Part shown: one piece after another, positions 1 through 8,999 of the stretch
Layout of the letters: the number at the start of each line of letters is the position of its first letter
Position numbering within the stretch: the stretch's first letter is position 1
Virus record (IMG/VR): IMGVR_UViG_3300013126_000010
Coordinates: 120,708 to 184,707 of that record
Length of the DNA stretch: 64,000 bases
Strand: one strand, 5' to 3'
Origin: a virus
Program-made: the position numbers and the translations under genes
Notes under the pieces: generated by a model
What the model was told of the DNA's origin: nothing
Database searches by the model: none
Seen by the model: only the letters and a program-made list of their open reading frames with translations

Positions 1-85
1 TGCCAATTTCGATACTCTGTCGCCATTTAACATTGCTTGTAAAATTTCTTTACGTGTCATATTTTTTTCCTAAACAATAATATAT

Positions 86-358
86 TTACTGTTTTTTCTT
101 AATACTAAATTTTAATGTACTAAGGTCGTATCCACGTTCTTCTAATAATTTTACCAATGGTTGTTCTGAAATCATCGACCCTGGTCTGTATCTTTCATTA
201 CAGAAAACTTGAAATAATAATGCACTATCTGCACCATTATGTCCTGCACCATCACCCCAGAATACAATTATATCATCTGGATCTTTACGTTCCAACTTTC
301 CATATTGTAATCTAAGTTCACCATCTTTTGCTTTAGGTGGCCTGAATTGTTTAGCCAT
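86..358 (-). CDS. hypothetical protein
   Basis: 90-aa ORF on the main coding strand. Confidence 0.6.
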   Translation of the reverse strand: MAKQFRPPKAKDGELRLQYGKLERKDPDDIIVFWGDGAGHNGADSALLFQVFCNERYRPGSMISEQPLVKLLEERGYDLSTLKFSIKKKQ

Positions 359-546
359 TATAGCAATGATCCCACAACAATCCCAATGGCAACACCGACA
401 CTAAGCATGAAAACAAACCATCCATTCAATCCACGTAAAAATCTAGCATGGTCTGTATGATAATCAAATTTTGCATACAAAAATCCACAAACTACAATCA
501 ATATTGCAATTAAAACAGCCATCATGTTTCCTATTTTTCAATTATA

Positions 547-630
547 TGGTAGGTCAGGTGAGAGTCGAACTCACAATCCTTCCGGCAATGCGATCTAAGC
601 GCATCGTGTATGCCATTCCACCACTGACCC
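547..630 (-). tRNA. tRNA-Leu(UAG)
   Basis: GGGTCAG/CTGACCT acceptor, ATGCG-CT TAG AT-CGCAT anticodon arm, long variable arm, GTTCGACTC T-loop, encoded ACCA. Confidence 0.92.
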
Positions 631-631
631 A

Positions 632-955
632 TTATATATTTCGTTCTTTTGAATTATCAAAAATTTGTAAAAACTTATTACCATCAGTATGGGTATCAAC
701 TAATATCATGGTGTATTCTTCTCCACGATATACCCATTTATTTAAAAATCGTTGAGTATATATCTCATTACGATAATAATTTCCATCAGAATCAAGATCT
801 TCTTCAGTTTCAGAAAAAATCACATTATCATTATTTTGTATTCGCCAGAAATAATCCCTGGCATCATCAAATGGATATATACACCAATCTTCTTTATATC
901 CAAAATATTGAAATATTTGATTTCTAAGACTTTGTTCTTGATCTAATAGATTCAT
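632..955 (-). CDS. hypothetical protein
   Basis: 107-aa ORF coupled to the upstream gene. Confidence 0.65.
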   Translation of the reverse strand: MNLLDQEQSLRNQIFQYFGYKEDWCIYPFDDARDYFWRIQNNDNVIFSETEEDLDSDGNYYRNEIYTQRFLNKWVYRGEEYTMILVDTHTDGNKFLQIFDNSKERNI

Positions 956-1335
956 TATTTAATAGTTATTTCACTAGGTAAAGTCCACATGGCACCAGTG
1001 AATGGATCAATTAATACCATCCCAATTATGCCGCCAACCAACAAATTGCCAAAATACCAATTATTCAAGGAACTATCAATAATTCCTAACCCAACATGCT
1101 CATTATTTTTATCTAAAACATCAACATGATAGGTTGATTTTTGAAAATATCCATTACCAGTTGATAATGAAACTGTTGCTGGAATATTTCCTTTATAAAT
1201 GATGGAATTATCGGAATTGGTGATAACTGCTTTCGCATCACCGGTATGTTTAATTGATACTTCTTGTACAGAACCACTAATTATTGTAGCACATCCTGAT
1301 AAAAATAACAAACTTAATGCAAATATCTTTTTCAT
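955..1335 (-). CDS. putative lipoprotein
   Basis: signal peptide with lipobox LFLSGC; C-terminal hydrophobic Gly-rich helix. Confidence 0.65.
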   Translation of the reverse strand: MKKIFALSLLFLSGCATIISGSVQEVSIKHTGDAKAVITNSDNSIIYKGNIPATVSLSTGNGYFQKSTYHVDVLDKNNEHVGLGIIDSSLNNWYFGNLLVGGIIGMVLIDPFTGAMWTLPSEITIK

Positions 1336-1372
1336 AAAAATCTCCTAAAATAATATTTATGAAGATTTCAGG

Positions 1373-1579
1373 TTATTTCCATAATATGAGAGTATTAAAA
1401 AACCAAACAATTATTACAACAATTATACTAACAACCCAAATGGTCCATTCTGTTGATGTAGCACCATATTCTTTGAAAATTTTGTATGCTCTACCTAATG
1501 TTGCTAAAAAATATATGGCTGCAACTGTTATAACAATACTACCAAATAATTTTGATTGTAAAAAATCTAATATGTTCAT
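1373..1579 (-). CDS. small membrane protein
   Basis: two hydrophobic segments. Confidence 0.55.
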   Translation of the reverse strand: MNILDFLQSKLFGSIVITVAAIYFLATLGRAYKIFKEYGATSTEWTIWVVSIIVVIIVWFFNTLILWK

Positions 1580-1687
1580 AATATTTACTCAGGTTATTAG
1601 TAATTTGGATATATCATTTTTCCCACTCTACCACAGTGTATTACTAGGAGATATAATTATGCTGAAAATAACCTATTATTCATCATA

Positions 1688-1891
1688 TCATGTTTTTGTC
1701 ACATGTAATGACGCTACATTATCATGAATTACAACATTTGATGTTACTTGTTGTAATTCCAAATCAATCCCTCTAATAATTTCATCTTCGATATTAATGT
1801 TGTAATATTCTTTTAAATCTATGCTAGCTTCTTCTGTATAGCGAAAAGTTATACCTTTATAGTTACTTTCATGTACATGGTCGTTGTTCAT
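1688..1891 (-). CDS. hypothetical protein
   Basis: ORF on the coding strand. Confidence 0.5.
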   Translation of the reverse strand: MNNDHVHESNYKGITFRYTEEASIDLKEYYNINIEDEIIRGIDLELQQVTSNVVIHDNVASLHVTKT

Positions 1892-1909
1892 ACCTTATCC
1901 TTCAATATG

Positions 1910-2176
1910 TTATCCCCAAACAGTTCCCCATGATTTATCTGAATATAATCTAAACATCATATAATCAGAATGATCACGACTATCCTGTTCTACATACCAA
2001 CATTCATAAGGTTGGTCTTCATCATCAACATCATCCTTATGGTCATATCTTTCAATCAATTTAATAGTGGCACCTAATTTATTGAAAATATAAATTATGG
2101 TGTCTTTTACTGATCCATTGACCAATGATGTTCCAATTTGGTCATAATCATCAATCATTTCTGCCATCGTATTCAT
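1910..2176 (-). CDS. hypothetical protein
   Basis: ORF, stop/start overlap with neighbour. Confidence 0.55.
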   Translation of the reverse strand: MNTMAEMIDDYDQIGTSLVNGSVKDTIIYIFNKLGATIKLIERYDHKDDVDDEDQPYECWYVEQDSRDHSDYMMFRLYSDKSWGTVWG

Positions 2177-2502
2177 TATGAATCCTTAATTAATAATCTA
2201 TCAATGTTTTGTTCCATTAATTGACTAATTCGTTTATGATCGGTATATGGGTTATCTAACCAATGTGAATATTTTAATCTGAAAAATGTTTCTTTTTGTT
2301 GATCATAGATTGTAACGGCCCATATTTGTATACCATCAAACCCACTAGCAGCTAATAATATTCCTTGCCATCCTACCCCTTTTCTGAAATGGTGGGTATG
2401 TTTTACTTCTGGACCAACGTTACTAATCAAATATGAAAAGGTTTCAGTAATTCTATTTTCATAGTCATGATCATATTGCACATTACCGTATATTACTAAC
2501 AT
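2176..2502 (-). CDS. hypothetical protein
   Basis: ORF downstream of a TGCTATAAT promoter-like motif. Confidence 0.55.
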   Translation of the reverse strand: MLVIYGNVQYDHDYENRITETFSYLISNVGPEVKHTHHFRKGVGWQGILLAASGFDGIQIWAVTIYDQQKETFFRLKYSHWLDNPYTDHKRISQLMEQNIDRLLIKDS

Positions 2503-2626
2503 TATTTCATATATTGATTCAAGTTAAAATTATTATAGCATGGTTTATTTAAATATTATACGTTAATTAATGGTATATTTATCGAAGATACTACATATAG
2601 TATAGTGTGACCAATAATGCCACTAG

Positions 2627-2706
2627 AGCTAGGGGTGAGATTCGAACTCACGATGTGGTATTCCTCGTTACAAGGGAGGTACAATCGGCCACTATGTGAC
2701 CCTAGC
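2627..2706 (-). tRNA. tRNA-Thr(UGU), no encoded CCA
   Basis: GCTAGGG/CCCTAGC acceptor, CT TGT AA loop, GTGAG-TTCGAAT-CTCAC T-arm. Confidence 0.85.
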
Positions 2707-2739
2707 TCTAGTAGCACTACGGTATGTTAAAGTATTTTG

Positions 2740-2811
2740 CTCCCCCATCTCGATTCGAACGAGACTCACGATGCTTAACAGGCATGCCGCACACCTAGTG
2801 CGTTCAGGGGA
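2740..2811 (-). tRNA. tRNA-Asn(GUU), no encoded CCA
   Basis: TCCCCTG/TGGGGGA acceptor, CT GTT AA loop, TCTCG-TTCGAAT-CGAGA T-arm, G73. Confidence 0.87.
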
Positions 2812-2830
2812 GCAAAATACTCTATTCTTT

Positions 2831-2859
2831 ATTATAGCATTTATTTATCAAAAATGCAA
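2831..2859 (-). promoter_or_regulatory. sigma70-type early promoter
   Basis: TTGCAT-17 nt-TATAAT with extended TGC; predicted start just upstream of tRNA-Asn. Confidence 0.65.
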
Positions 2860-2949
2860 CAGGATGATATCATTTTGCGGGAACTATGGATTCAAACCAT
2901 ACAAACGCTTCCACTAGCGGTTCTCGATTAGATTGCAGTAATCATCCTA
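2860..2949 (-). ncRNA. cassette E1 enclosing a degenerate tRNA 3' portion
   Basis: TAGGATGAT/ATCATCCTG stem plus TTACTGCAA; loop holds CGC/GCG hairpin, TATGG-TTTGAAT-CCATA T-arm and GTTCCCGCA acceptor-like strand. Confidence 0.6.
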
Positions 2950-2956
2950 CAATTTC

Positions 2957-2985
2957 ATTATAGCATATAAAATGATTATATGCAA
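2957..2985 (-). promoter_or_regulatory. sigma70-type early promoter driving E1
   Basis: TTGCAT-17 nt-TATAAT; predicted +1 near 2950, at the first base of E1. Confidence 0.65.
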
Positions 2986-2992
2986 GTCTTAT

Positions 2993-3553
2993 TTAATCGA
3001 AAAAATTATACCAGACAGTTGGGCCTGATTCATCCAAAAATTTAGTGGAATATCCACTTCCAAATCTTTCAAATAGATAGCATTTATCGATATCCATTAA
3101 TGTTCCTGAATATGGTTCAATCTCTCCAGAAGATTTATTTAAAATAGAAACTTTCATTATATGATGATTAACGATTGATTTAATCAAACTCTCACCTTTA
3201 TTAAAAATTGCACCATCTGCGATAATAGGATAATCAGATTCTTCTTTTACTGAAAATATCAGCCATTTTATAGCAGATGTGTTTCTATATTCTGGAAATA
3301 CATAAATCATGTCAACATTATTATACATAATATGATTTATAGAAACGGATGATAATTTTATTAATCCTAATATAGTATTAGATTCTTTAACTAACAGATA
3401 GGTATTATTATTTTTATATAATGCAATATTATCATTTACTTCTACAATTTTAGATGATCCGACAAAATAATTATCATACACCCATTTATATGATATTTTA
3501 GAATCATCAAATGATCCAGCTGAAAATGATTCTATTATTTCGTTAAATCTCAT
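2993..3553 (-). CDS. hypothetical protein, possible GNAT-like fold
   Basis: VDMIYVFPEYRN resembles GNAT motif A; MRFNEIIE leader. Confidence 0.45.
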   Translation of the reverse strand: MRFNEIIESFSAGSFDDSKISYKWVYDNYFVGSSKIVEVNDNIALYKNNNTYLLVKESNTILGLIKLSSVSINHIMYNNVDMIYVFPEYRNTSAIKWLIFSVKEESDYPIIADGAIFNKGESLIKSIVNHHIMKVSILNKSSGEIEPYSGTLMDIDKCYLFERFGSGYSTKFLDESGPTVWYNFFD

Positions 3554-3590
3554 TAAATTATACCATAAATTGTATCATATTTATCACTAA

Positions 3591-3741
3591 AACTATTATC
3601 AAGGATACACTGGGTTTTTACCAATAACACTTGGTCAGTATGTGCATAACATCCCGAATAATCTAGTTTAGGGAACCACCCCGTCACGTTGATTACCGAT
3701 AAGCAGGAATCGTTCACCTGCATCGTATCCCGATAATAGTT
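3591..3741 (-). ncRNA. candidate structured ncRNA (~150 nt)
   Basis: closing helices AACTATTATC/GATAATAGTT and GGATAC/GTATCC around several internal hairpins; no ORF. Confidence 0.45.
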
Positions 3742-3789
3742 CTATATAATTTGGTGGATTGTTTTTTCGTTACTGTATAAGTACAATCC

Positions 3790-4080
3790 ACCTAAAACTT
3801 ATTTGCTATTACTTATGCAGTAATAGCAAATCCAGCATAAACGTCATCGTTTGCGTTTAATTTTTTGATTTTTACATCTTTCTCGATGATTCTAAATTAT
3901 TCTTTCTCAACCACGTCGAAAACCTTTCATCCCCATAATAAGAGCATTGTTGCTATAATTAGGATTGGGTTCAGGTGTTATCGCTAACAAGGGAGTTCAA
4001 TGCCCTTATTGTGGAGATGGGCGTATCGAAACGCCGTCCGCAATTTTTACTTAAATAATCTTTCAGCCATTTCTAGCAAC
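3790..4080 (-). ncRNA. ssrA: two-piece (circularly permuted) tmRNA
   Basis: acceptor piece ending GCGGAC-GGCGTTTCGATACGCC-CATCTCCA (4012) precedes an intervening segment and the coding piece starting GGGGATGAAAGGTTTTCGAC (3934); G3.U70; tag ORF 3854-3813 ANDDVYAGFAITA* with stop-codon hairpin; outer boundaries approximate. Confidence 0.85.
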
Positions 4081-4088
4081 GAATTCTT

Positions 4089-4289
4089 TTAATCATCATC
4101 TATTTCATCATCTGTGCTTGCACGAATAATCATAGTATCACATGAACATAATAATTCATATGCTTTCTCAAATGTCCCTTCCAGCCAAAATATTTTTTTG
4201 GAGCAAGTATGACATTCAAATACAACACATCCTGTAGTAATATCACATATATTTTTAAACTGTATTTTAAATGTTTCAAAATCAATCAT
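4089..4289 (-). CDS. hypothetical protein with Cys pairs
   Basis: CxxC-like motif (ECHTC). Confidence 0.5.
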   Translation of the reverse strand: MIDFETFKIQFKNICDITTGCVVFECHTCSKKIFWLEGTFEKAYELLCSCDTMIIRASTDDEIDDD

Positions 4290-4428
4290 ATCGTTATGTT
4301 TTTAATAATATTCTATTGTTGCATGATCGAGTCAGATCATCAACGAATTTATATAAGAATACTGTTACATCTGTGAACCAGATAATGACCATCATTTTTA
4401 TAATGATGACCACCAGTATTCTATAATT

Positions 4429-5082
4429 TTAATCTTTACCACTTAATGACAACAGTATTTGAAGAATGTTCAAGAACATATTCAAAATATCCAAATATAG
4501 TTGGACAGTTGCTCTAATGTAATTAGTTTCACCACCATTAATAATTTCACTGGTGTCATACAATATAAATCCAGAGAATATTACAACGGCGGCAAATGAT
4601 ACCATCAATTGTAATCCAGGAATATGAAATATAATCCCTGCAATACTGACCACGATTAGACCGATCAATGCTACGAATAATGTTCCACCTAAAAATCCAA
4701 AATCTTTCTTAGTGATGGTCACATAAGACGATAATGCGATGAATACAAGAGCAGTAAGACCGAATGCATATGCGATTAGTTCTGGACCATTAACAAACTG
4801 TTCAGTAACTTGATGCAGTACTGGTCCAAGTGTTAATCCTTCAAATCCAGTGAACAACAGTACACAAACCAACCCAAGTGATGATTCTGCAGTTGCCATT
4901 GTAAGAAATAACAATCCAATTGCTACTATCAATTGCACCCATATATTAATGGGTTCGATATTCATCAGTACTGCCACCCAAGCTGAAATGGCTGTGTTGA
5001 GTAATGTACCGGATAATAACCAGTATGTATTACGTAGTACTTTGTTCGTTTCGAAAGTTGAATCTATTGTTGTAGCTGCCAT
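4429..5082 (-). CDS. yccA: Bax inhibitor-1/YccA family membrane protein
   Basis: seven TM segments; VLRNTYWLL, GLTLGP, LYDTS and LYLDILNMF motifs. Confidence 0.9.
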   Translation of the reverse strand: MAATTIDSTFETNKVLRNTYWLLSGTLLNTAISAWVAVLMNIEPINIWVQLIVAIGLLFLTMATAESSLGLVCVLLFTGFEGLTLGPVLHQVTEQFVNGPELIAYAFGLTALVFIALSSYVTITKKDFGFLGGTLFVALIGLIVVSIAGIIFHIPGLQLMVSFAAVVIFSGFILYDTSEIINGGETNYIRATVQLYLDILNMFLNILQILLSLSGKD

Positions 5083-5220
5083 TTAAAATTCCTATATTGT
5101 TAAGATTTATTTATTATAACATGATGTAAAAATATCAGCAGATGATGACTAGTCATCTGTACCCATTGTACTGCACTCCTGGGTGGAAGTCATTTAGTCA
5201 CTGACATTAAATTTAGTATA

Positions 5221-5511
5221 TCATACTCCAAAGTATGTTGTCAACTCGTTTATCATTATAACTGGCTGTTCATTTTCAGTAAATATTTTAGGAATTACGT
5301 GCTGATACATATATACATCTTCTTGAATATTTGATAATTCGGTTGGATTATATATCCTATAAAGATCATCAGTAAAATTATTGGTGTGTTCATGATGATA
5401 CTCATAGAATTCATAAAAACTATTAATTATAGAATCCCCTTTCAAAATATCCATTAGTTTTTTACGAGAATTTACTGTTATTTCAGCAAGTCTCATATAC
5501 CCCATCCCCAT
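5221..5511 (-). CDS. hypothetical protein
   Basis: ORF on the coding strand. Confidence 0.5.
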   Translation of the reverse strand: MGMGYMRLAEITVNSRKKLMDILKGDSIINSFYEFYEYHHEHTNNFTDDLYRIYNPTELSNIQEDVYMYQHVIPKIFTENEQPVIMINELTTYFGV

Positions 5512-5678
5512 TTTTCTGAATGTTCTTTGACTTTTTTATTTGCCAGCATCATTTGATCAATCAATGATTGTAATTCTTCATCTGACATTTTTTTTAAGTT
5601 TGGATTTAATTTATTTCCATATACATCGAACATATCTTCAGTATTAACACTGTCATCATCATTTAATTCATTTATCAT
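5493..5678 (-). CDS. hypothetical protein
   Basis: small ORF in operon. Confidence 0.5.
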   Translation of the reverse strand: MINELNDDDSVNTEDMFDVYGNKLNPNLKKMSDEELQSLIDQMMLANKKVKEHSEKWGWGI

Positions 5679-5690
5679 GACAAATTTTCC

Positions 5691-5888
5691 TTATTTTCTA
5701 AATCGTGGCATGTTACCAATATAACCATCAGGAATAAAGCATTCAAGCATTGGGATAAGAGTACTTAGTTCAATTACTGGTGTTTTTTCTACTAATTTAT
5801 ATTCACCATCTATTAAAAGATAATATACATCATCAACATGATGATCCAATTGTGGTTGGAATATTGTTTTTAGGTCTGTTAACGTCAT
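5691..5888 (-). CDS. hypothetical protein
   Basis: small ORF in operon. Confidence 0.5.
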   Translation of the reverse strand: MTLTDLKTIFQPQLDHHVDDVYYLLIDGEYKLVEKTPVIELSTLIPMLECFIPDGYIGNMPRFRK

Positions 5889-5937
5889 TTTTATATAAAC
5901 CTGTTGTTCATATGTTATTTTCTAAATAGTGGCACGA

Positions 5938-6330
5938 TCAATAGATTTTATTCATTATTTCATTAAAGACATCATTGTCTGTATAAGTTTGATAATCTAC
6001 TGTAAAATCAAAAACATCGCTTATGTCGTTACCGAATACATTAATTAATGCAGTTCTCCACTCATTCATACAGGAATCATACTCAGATGGATCGATTTCA
6101 TATGAAGTATAACCAATACTATTAATCCCGTCAGCTGGTCTACATGAAAAATCATGAACTCCATATTTAGACTCTAGTTCATCAATAATTTCTTCACATT
6201 CTTCTGATGGTTCAAAGAAGAAATCTTCAAAAAACTCAGATTCGGCATTAAATAAAAAACCTTTCCAGGTGTGTTGTTTGGTTTTTTGATTGTAAAAGTT
6301 AAAATAGAATACTGAATTATGTGTTGGCAT
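5938..6330 (-). CDS. hypothetical acidic protein
   Basis: 130-aa ORF. Confidence 0.6.
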   Translation of the reverse strand: MPTHNSVFYFNFYNQKTKQHTWKGFLFNAESEFFEDFFFEPSEECEEIIDELESKYGVHDFSCRPADGINSIGYTSYEIDPSEYDSCMNEWRTALINVFGNDISDVFDFTVDYQTYTDNDVFNEIMNKIY

Positions 6331-6497
6331 GATATTTACCTAATTGATGTAAGTGTTATTTTATTTTACCATGGTTATCATCGTTTGGCAAGTCTTTTTT
6401 ATCTTTTTTACCCCAAATTCTATCCCAGTTGTCGTCGAATTTTTTCTTATCTACTGGTCTAGGCTTTGAACCTTTACCACCTTCCCATTGTGACATA

Positions 6498-6707
6498 TTA
6501 TCCCCATTTTAATAAAAATAATGTTTCATGATTTGGATTTTCAAAAGAGAATGTCCTATATGGTGGATTTCGAATGGCAACGGGAGAGATCCATTCTGTA
6601 TAATAACCAATCCCTATATTTTCGTTTAACCATTGGTCCAAATCTTCACCATTTTGGGTTATTTCCCAAATTTTATCATTATTGATGCGTATTTTATTTA
6701 TCGACAT
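6498..6707 (-). CDS. small phage hypothetical protein
   Basis: C-terminal F..LKW ending common in small jumbo-phage ORFs. Confidence 0.55.
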   Translation of the reverse strand: MSINKIRINNDKIWEITQNGEDLDQWLNENIGIGYYTEWISPVAIRNPPYRTFSFENPNHETLFLLKWG

Positions 6708-6904
6708 ACTTCTGCATCATATTCTTTTTCAGTCATGCAAATGATTTTAACAGTATGAAAATGATTTGCCAATACATCATCTTTCAGTCTATCTTTTTCG
6801 GCATCTTCAAAATTGAAGTAGAACTTTTCAGTGGTTTTGTGCATATCAGAATAAATGATACCATCTTTTCGTTTTTGCATTATTACATAAACTTCATATG
6901 CCAT
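6698..6904 (-). CDS. hypothetical protein
   Basis: coupled ORF. Confidence 0.5.
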   Translation of the reverse strand: MAYEVYVIMQKRKDGIIYSDMHKTTEKFYFNFEDAEKDRLKDDVLANHFHTVKIICMTEKEYDAEVCR

Positions 6905-7113
6905 TATACTAACTCACTTAATTTGTCAACAGCTGATTCAATATTGTCAATGGCTTCATCACAATTATTTAAATGATCTTTAACTTCATATAACAATTCA
7001 CGCAATTTATCACGTTCTTTTGACAATGATTCTTTGTGTTTTGTCAATTCTTTGATAGCTTTATCGATATTGTTTGTTTTTTTCATAATTATATACAGGT
7101 TGATGTTTTTCAC
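6904..7113 (-). CDS. small coiled-coil protein
   Basis: heptad-like composition. Confidence 0.5.
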   Translation of the reverse strand: MKNINLYIIMKKTNNIDKAIKELTKHKESLSKERDKLRELLYEVKDHLNNCDEAIDNIESAVDKLSELV

Positions 7114-7157
7114 ATTTCAGGTATGATTGTTTATTTGCGGTAATCAACCTAAATTAG

Positions 7158-7282
7158 CAGGATAGTTTTTATACGTTGCTCTACCAGTCTGAGCTAACTT
7201 CTCCATAGTATTTGGGAGAAGTATGGGATTTGAACCCATGACCAACGGCTTAACAGGCTATTTAATTGCTGTAACTATCCTA
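7158..7282 (-). ncRNA. cassette E2 enclosing circularly permuted tRNA-Asn(GUU)
   Basis: TAGGATAGTT/AACTATCCTG stem plus TTACAGCAA; 3' half 7258-7213, 9-nt linker, 5' half 7203-7174; halves rebuild GAGAAGT/ACTTCTC acceptor and ACGGC/GCCGT anticodon stem. Confidence 0.8.
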
Positions 7283-7293
7283 ATTCATAATTT

Positions 7294-7476
7294 TTATTCT
7301 ACAATTTTACCACTTTTTACAAATCTAGCAGTATTTGCTTGATCTTGAATAGCTTTGATCATCAATTTACGCCAAACTTTATCAGGTGATGATGATACTT
7401 GTTTAGGAATTTTAACCTTAGCCTGTGGTTTTGATTTTTTAACTACTTCTTTTACTGGTTGTTTTTTTGCTGCCAT
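7294..7476 (-). CDS. small basic protein
   Basis: Lys-rich 60-aa ORF. Confidence 0.55.
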   Translation of the reverse strand: MAAKKQPVKEVVKKSKPQAKVKIPKQVSSSPDKVWRKLMIKAIQDQANTARFVKSGKIVE

Positions 7477-7538
7477 TTACTTTTTCCTTTTATGTTTACT
7501 ATTAAAATTATAGCACTCAAATATCATGAATGCAAGTA

Positions 7539-8999
7539 TTATTTACTGATTTCAATATGATTACCAGCTGTTAGTTTAACAATCTGTGGTTTTGATGCAA
7601 TAAATCTAGTCTTAGTTGAGAATGAGATGTGTTCATACGGACTATCATCAGTTACATTCATTTCACCACCAATCATTATAGTTCCAATCACATCAATAAC
7701 ATGATTTGAAGTAAAATCCCCTCTAAATCTCGTAAACATGTCCCCTAGAAGATGTTTTATTGTATTTGCCTTGTATGTTACTCGTTGATCTGCGGTAATC
7801 CCATACATTGTTGCACCAAATCTTGGTAATCGGAATTTGAATTGGGTATCATCGGGTTGTGGAATCCAGTATGGGTAAACTATTTGCAAGTTTTTCTTTT
7901 CCTGATCATCAAATTCATGAATACCATCACCAAGTAGAGTCGCAGAAACCACAACTATCTTATTTGCCCGTAACAATGCCTTAATGGTGTTTACATTCGC
8001 CGTAGTGGGAATAATAACCTCACTAACTGGGTTATTTGCAGCATATTTAAGAACTGTTTTAGCACCAACGGCATAATCATTGTCTTGATCACCAATTATA
8101 CTAACTGATTTGGTTGGATATTGGTGTGTAACATAATCACCAGCTATCATTCCTTCACCATATAACCCTTCATTCCAATAAAAAGTATAAGTTGATGGTG
8201 TTTTACCCGGTACATTAGTAATCGGCAGTAATGTTGGTACTTTATGTGACTCTGAAAAGTCTTGAATTGGTTGCCAGTTATCAGCAAATCCCCCAACAAT
8301 CATAAATGGTGGATTATTTTTGTAATATTCTTCTAATTGCGATGACCATGTATCAGTTGGACCAGTCAATTTCCATGTATTATATGATATTTTTCTAAAA
8401 TCTGATATAACTTTGTTACCTTGTGAATTATGAATGGTAAAAAATTCTTTTAATTTATCATCAAATGCTGTTTTATCATAATCATTGGTAGAATCTGTGA
8501 TAATGGATACTATATTAACAGAATCTGATGTCACACCTACCAATGGTTGTGCATCCATAGATTTTAAATATTCAATTAGACTAGCAATTTCATTATCATT
8601 ATATGAAAATGTTGGCATAATAGGATTTAATTTTCTACTTGCTGGATCTATTCCCGTTTTTATAACCTTTTTAATGGTTGATTCAGTATATCCTGGTCGT
8701 GATGGTATTTTATGAAACGTATTTTGTAAATATGTTTGAATAGCTTTATCCATGGAATTTCGGTCAATGATGGTTTCTCTACCAACTACGGGGATACCAT
8801 TATATTGTTCTGATAAACTTTTATAATTGATTGGCAATACGATCACATTACCTTCTGGCATACCTTTACCAGATTTTAAATGGCATTCAACACATGCTCG
8901 TTGACCATGTAATCCATTATTATAGATTTGTGACCCAACATTGTCATTAGCCATGACAACACCACTCATTACACTTAATAACATTACGATCTTTTTCAT
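7539..8999 (-). CDS. exported c-type cytochrome fused to a type I periplasmic-binding-like domain
   Basis: signal peptide, CVECH heme motif, distal MPTF Met-ligand-like motif, C-terminal PBP1-like region. Confidence 0.7.
   Translation of the reverse strand: MKKIVMLLSVMSGVVMANDNVGSQIYNNGLHGQRACVECHLKSGKGMPEGNVIVLPINYKSLSEQYNGIPVVGRETIIDRNSMDKAIQTYLQNTFHKIPSRPGYTESTIKKVIKTGIDPASRKLNPIMPTFSYNDNEIASLIEYLKSMDAQPLVGVTSDSVNIVSIITDSTNDYDKTAFDDKLKEFFTIHNSQGNKVISDFRKISYNTWKLTGPTDTWSSQLEEYYKNNPPFMIVGGFADNWQPIQDFSESHKVPTLLPITNVPGKTPSTYTFYWNEGLYGEGMIAGDYVTHQYPTKSVSIIGDQDNDYAVGAKTVLKYAANNPVSEVIIPTTANVNTIKALLRANKIVVVSATLLGDGIHEFDDQEKKNLQIVYPYWIPQPDDTQFKFRLPRFGATMYGITADQRVTYKANTIKHLLGDMFTRFRGDFTSNHVIDVIGTIMIGGEMNVTDDSPYEHISFSTKTRFIASKPQIVKLTAGNHIEISK

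Noticed and set aside
471-755. ORFs overlapping tRNA genes (471-755, 2696-2917, 20532-20768, 20813-21031 on +; 5' part of 15069-15329)
   Set aside because: They are antisense to or inside clear tRNA genes and show no protein motifs.
3591-3741. 6S RNA identity
   Set aside because: Multi-branched rather than a long rod with a central bubble, and no recognisable 6S conserved segments.
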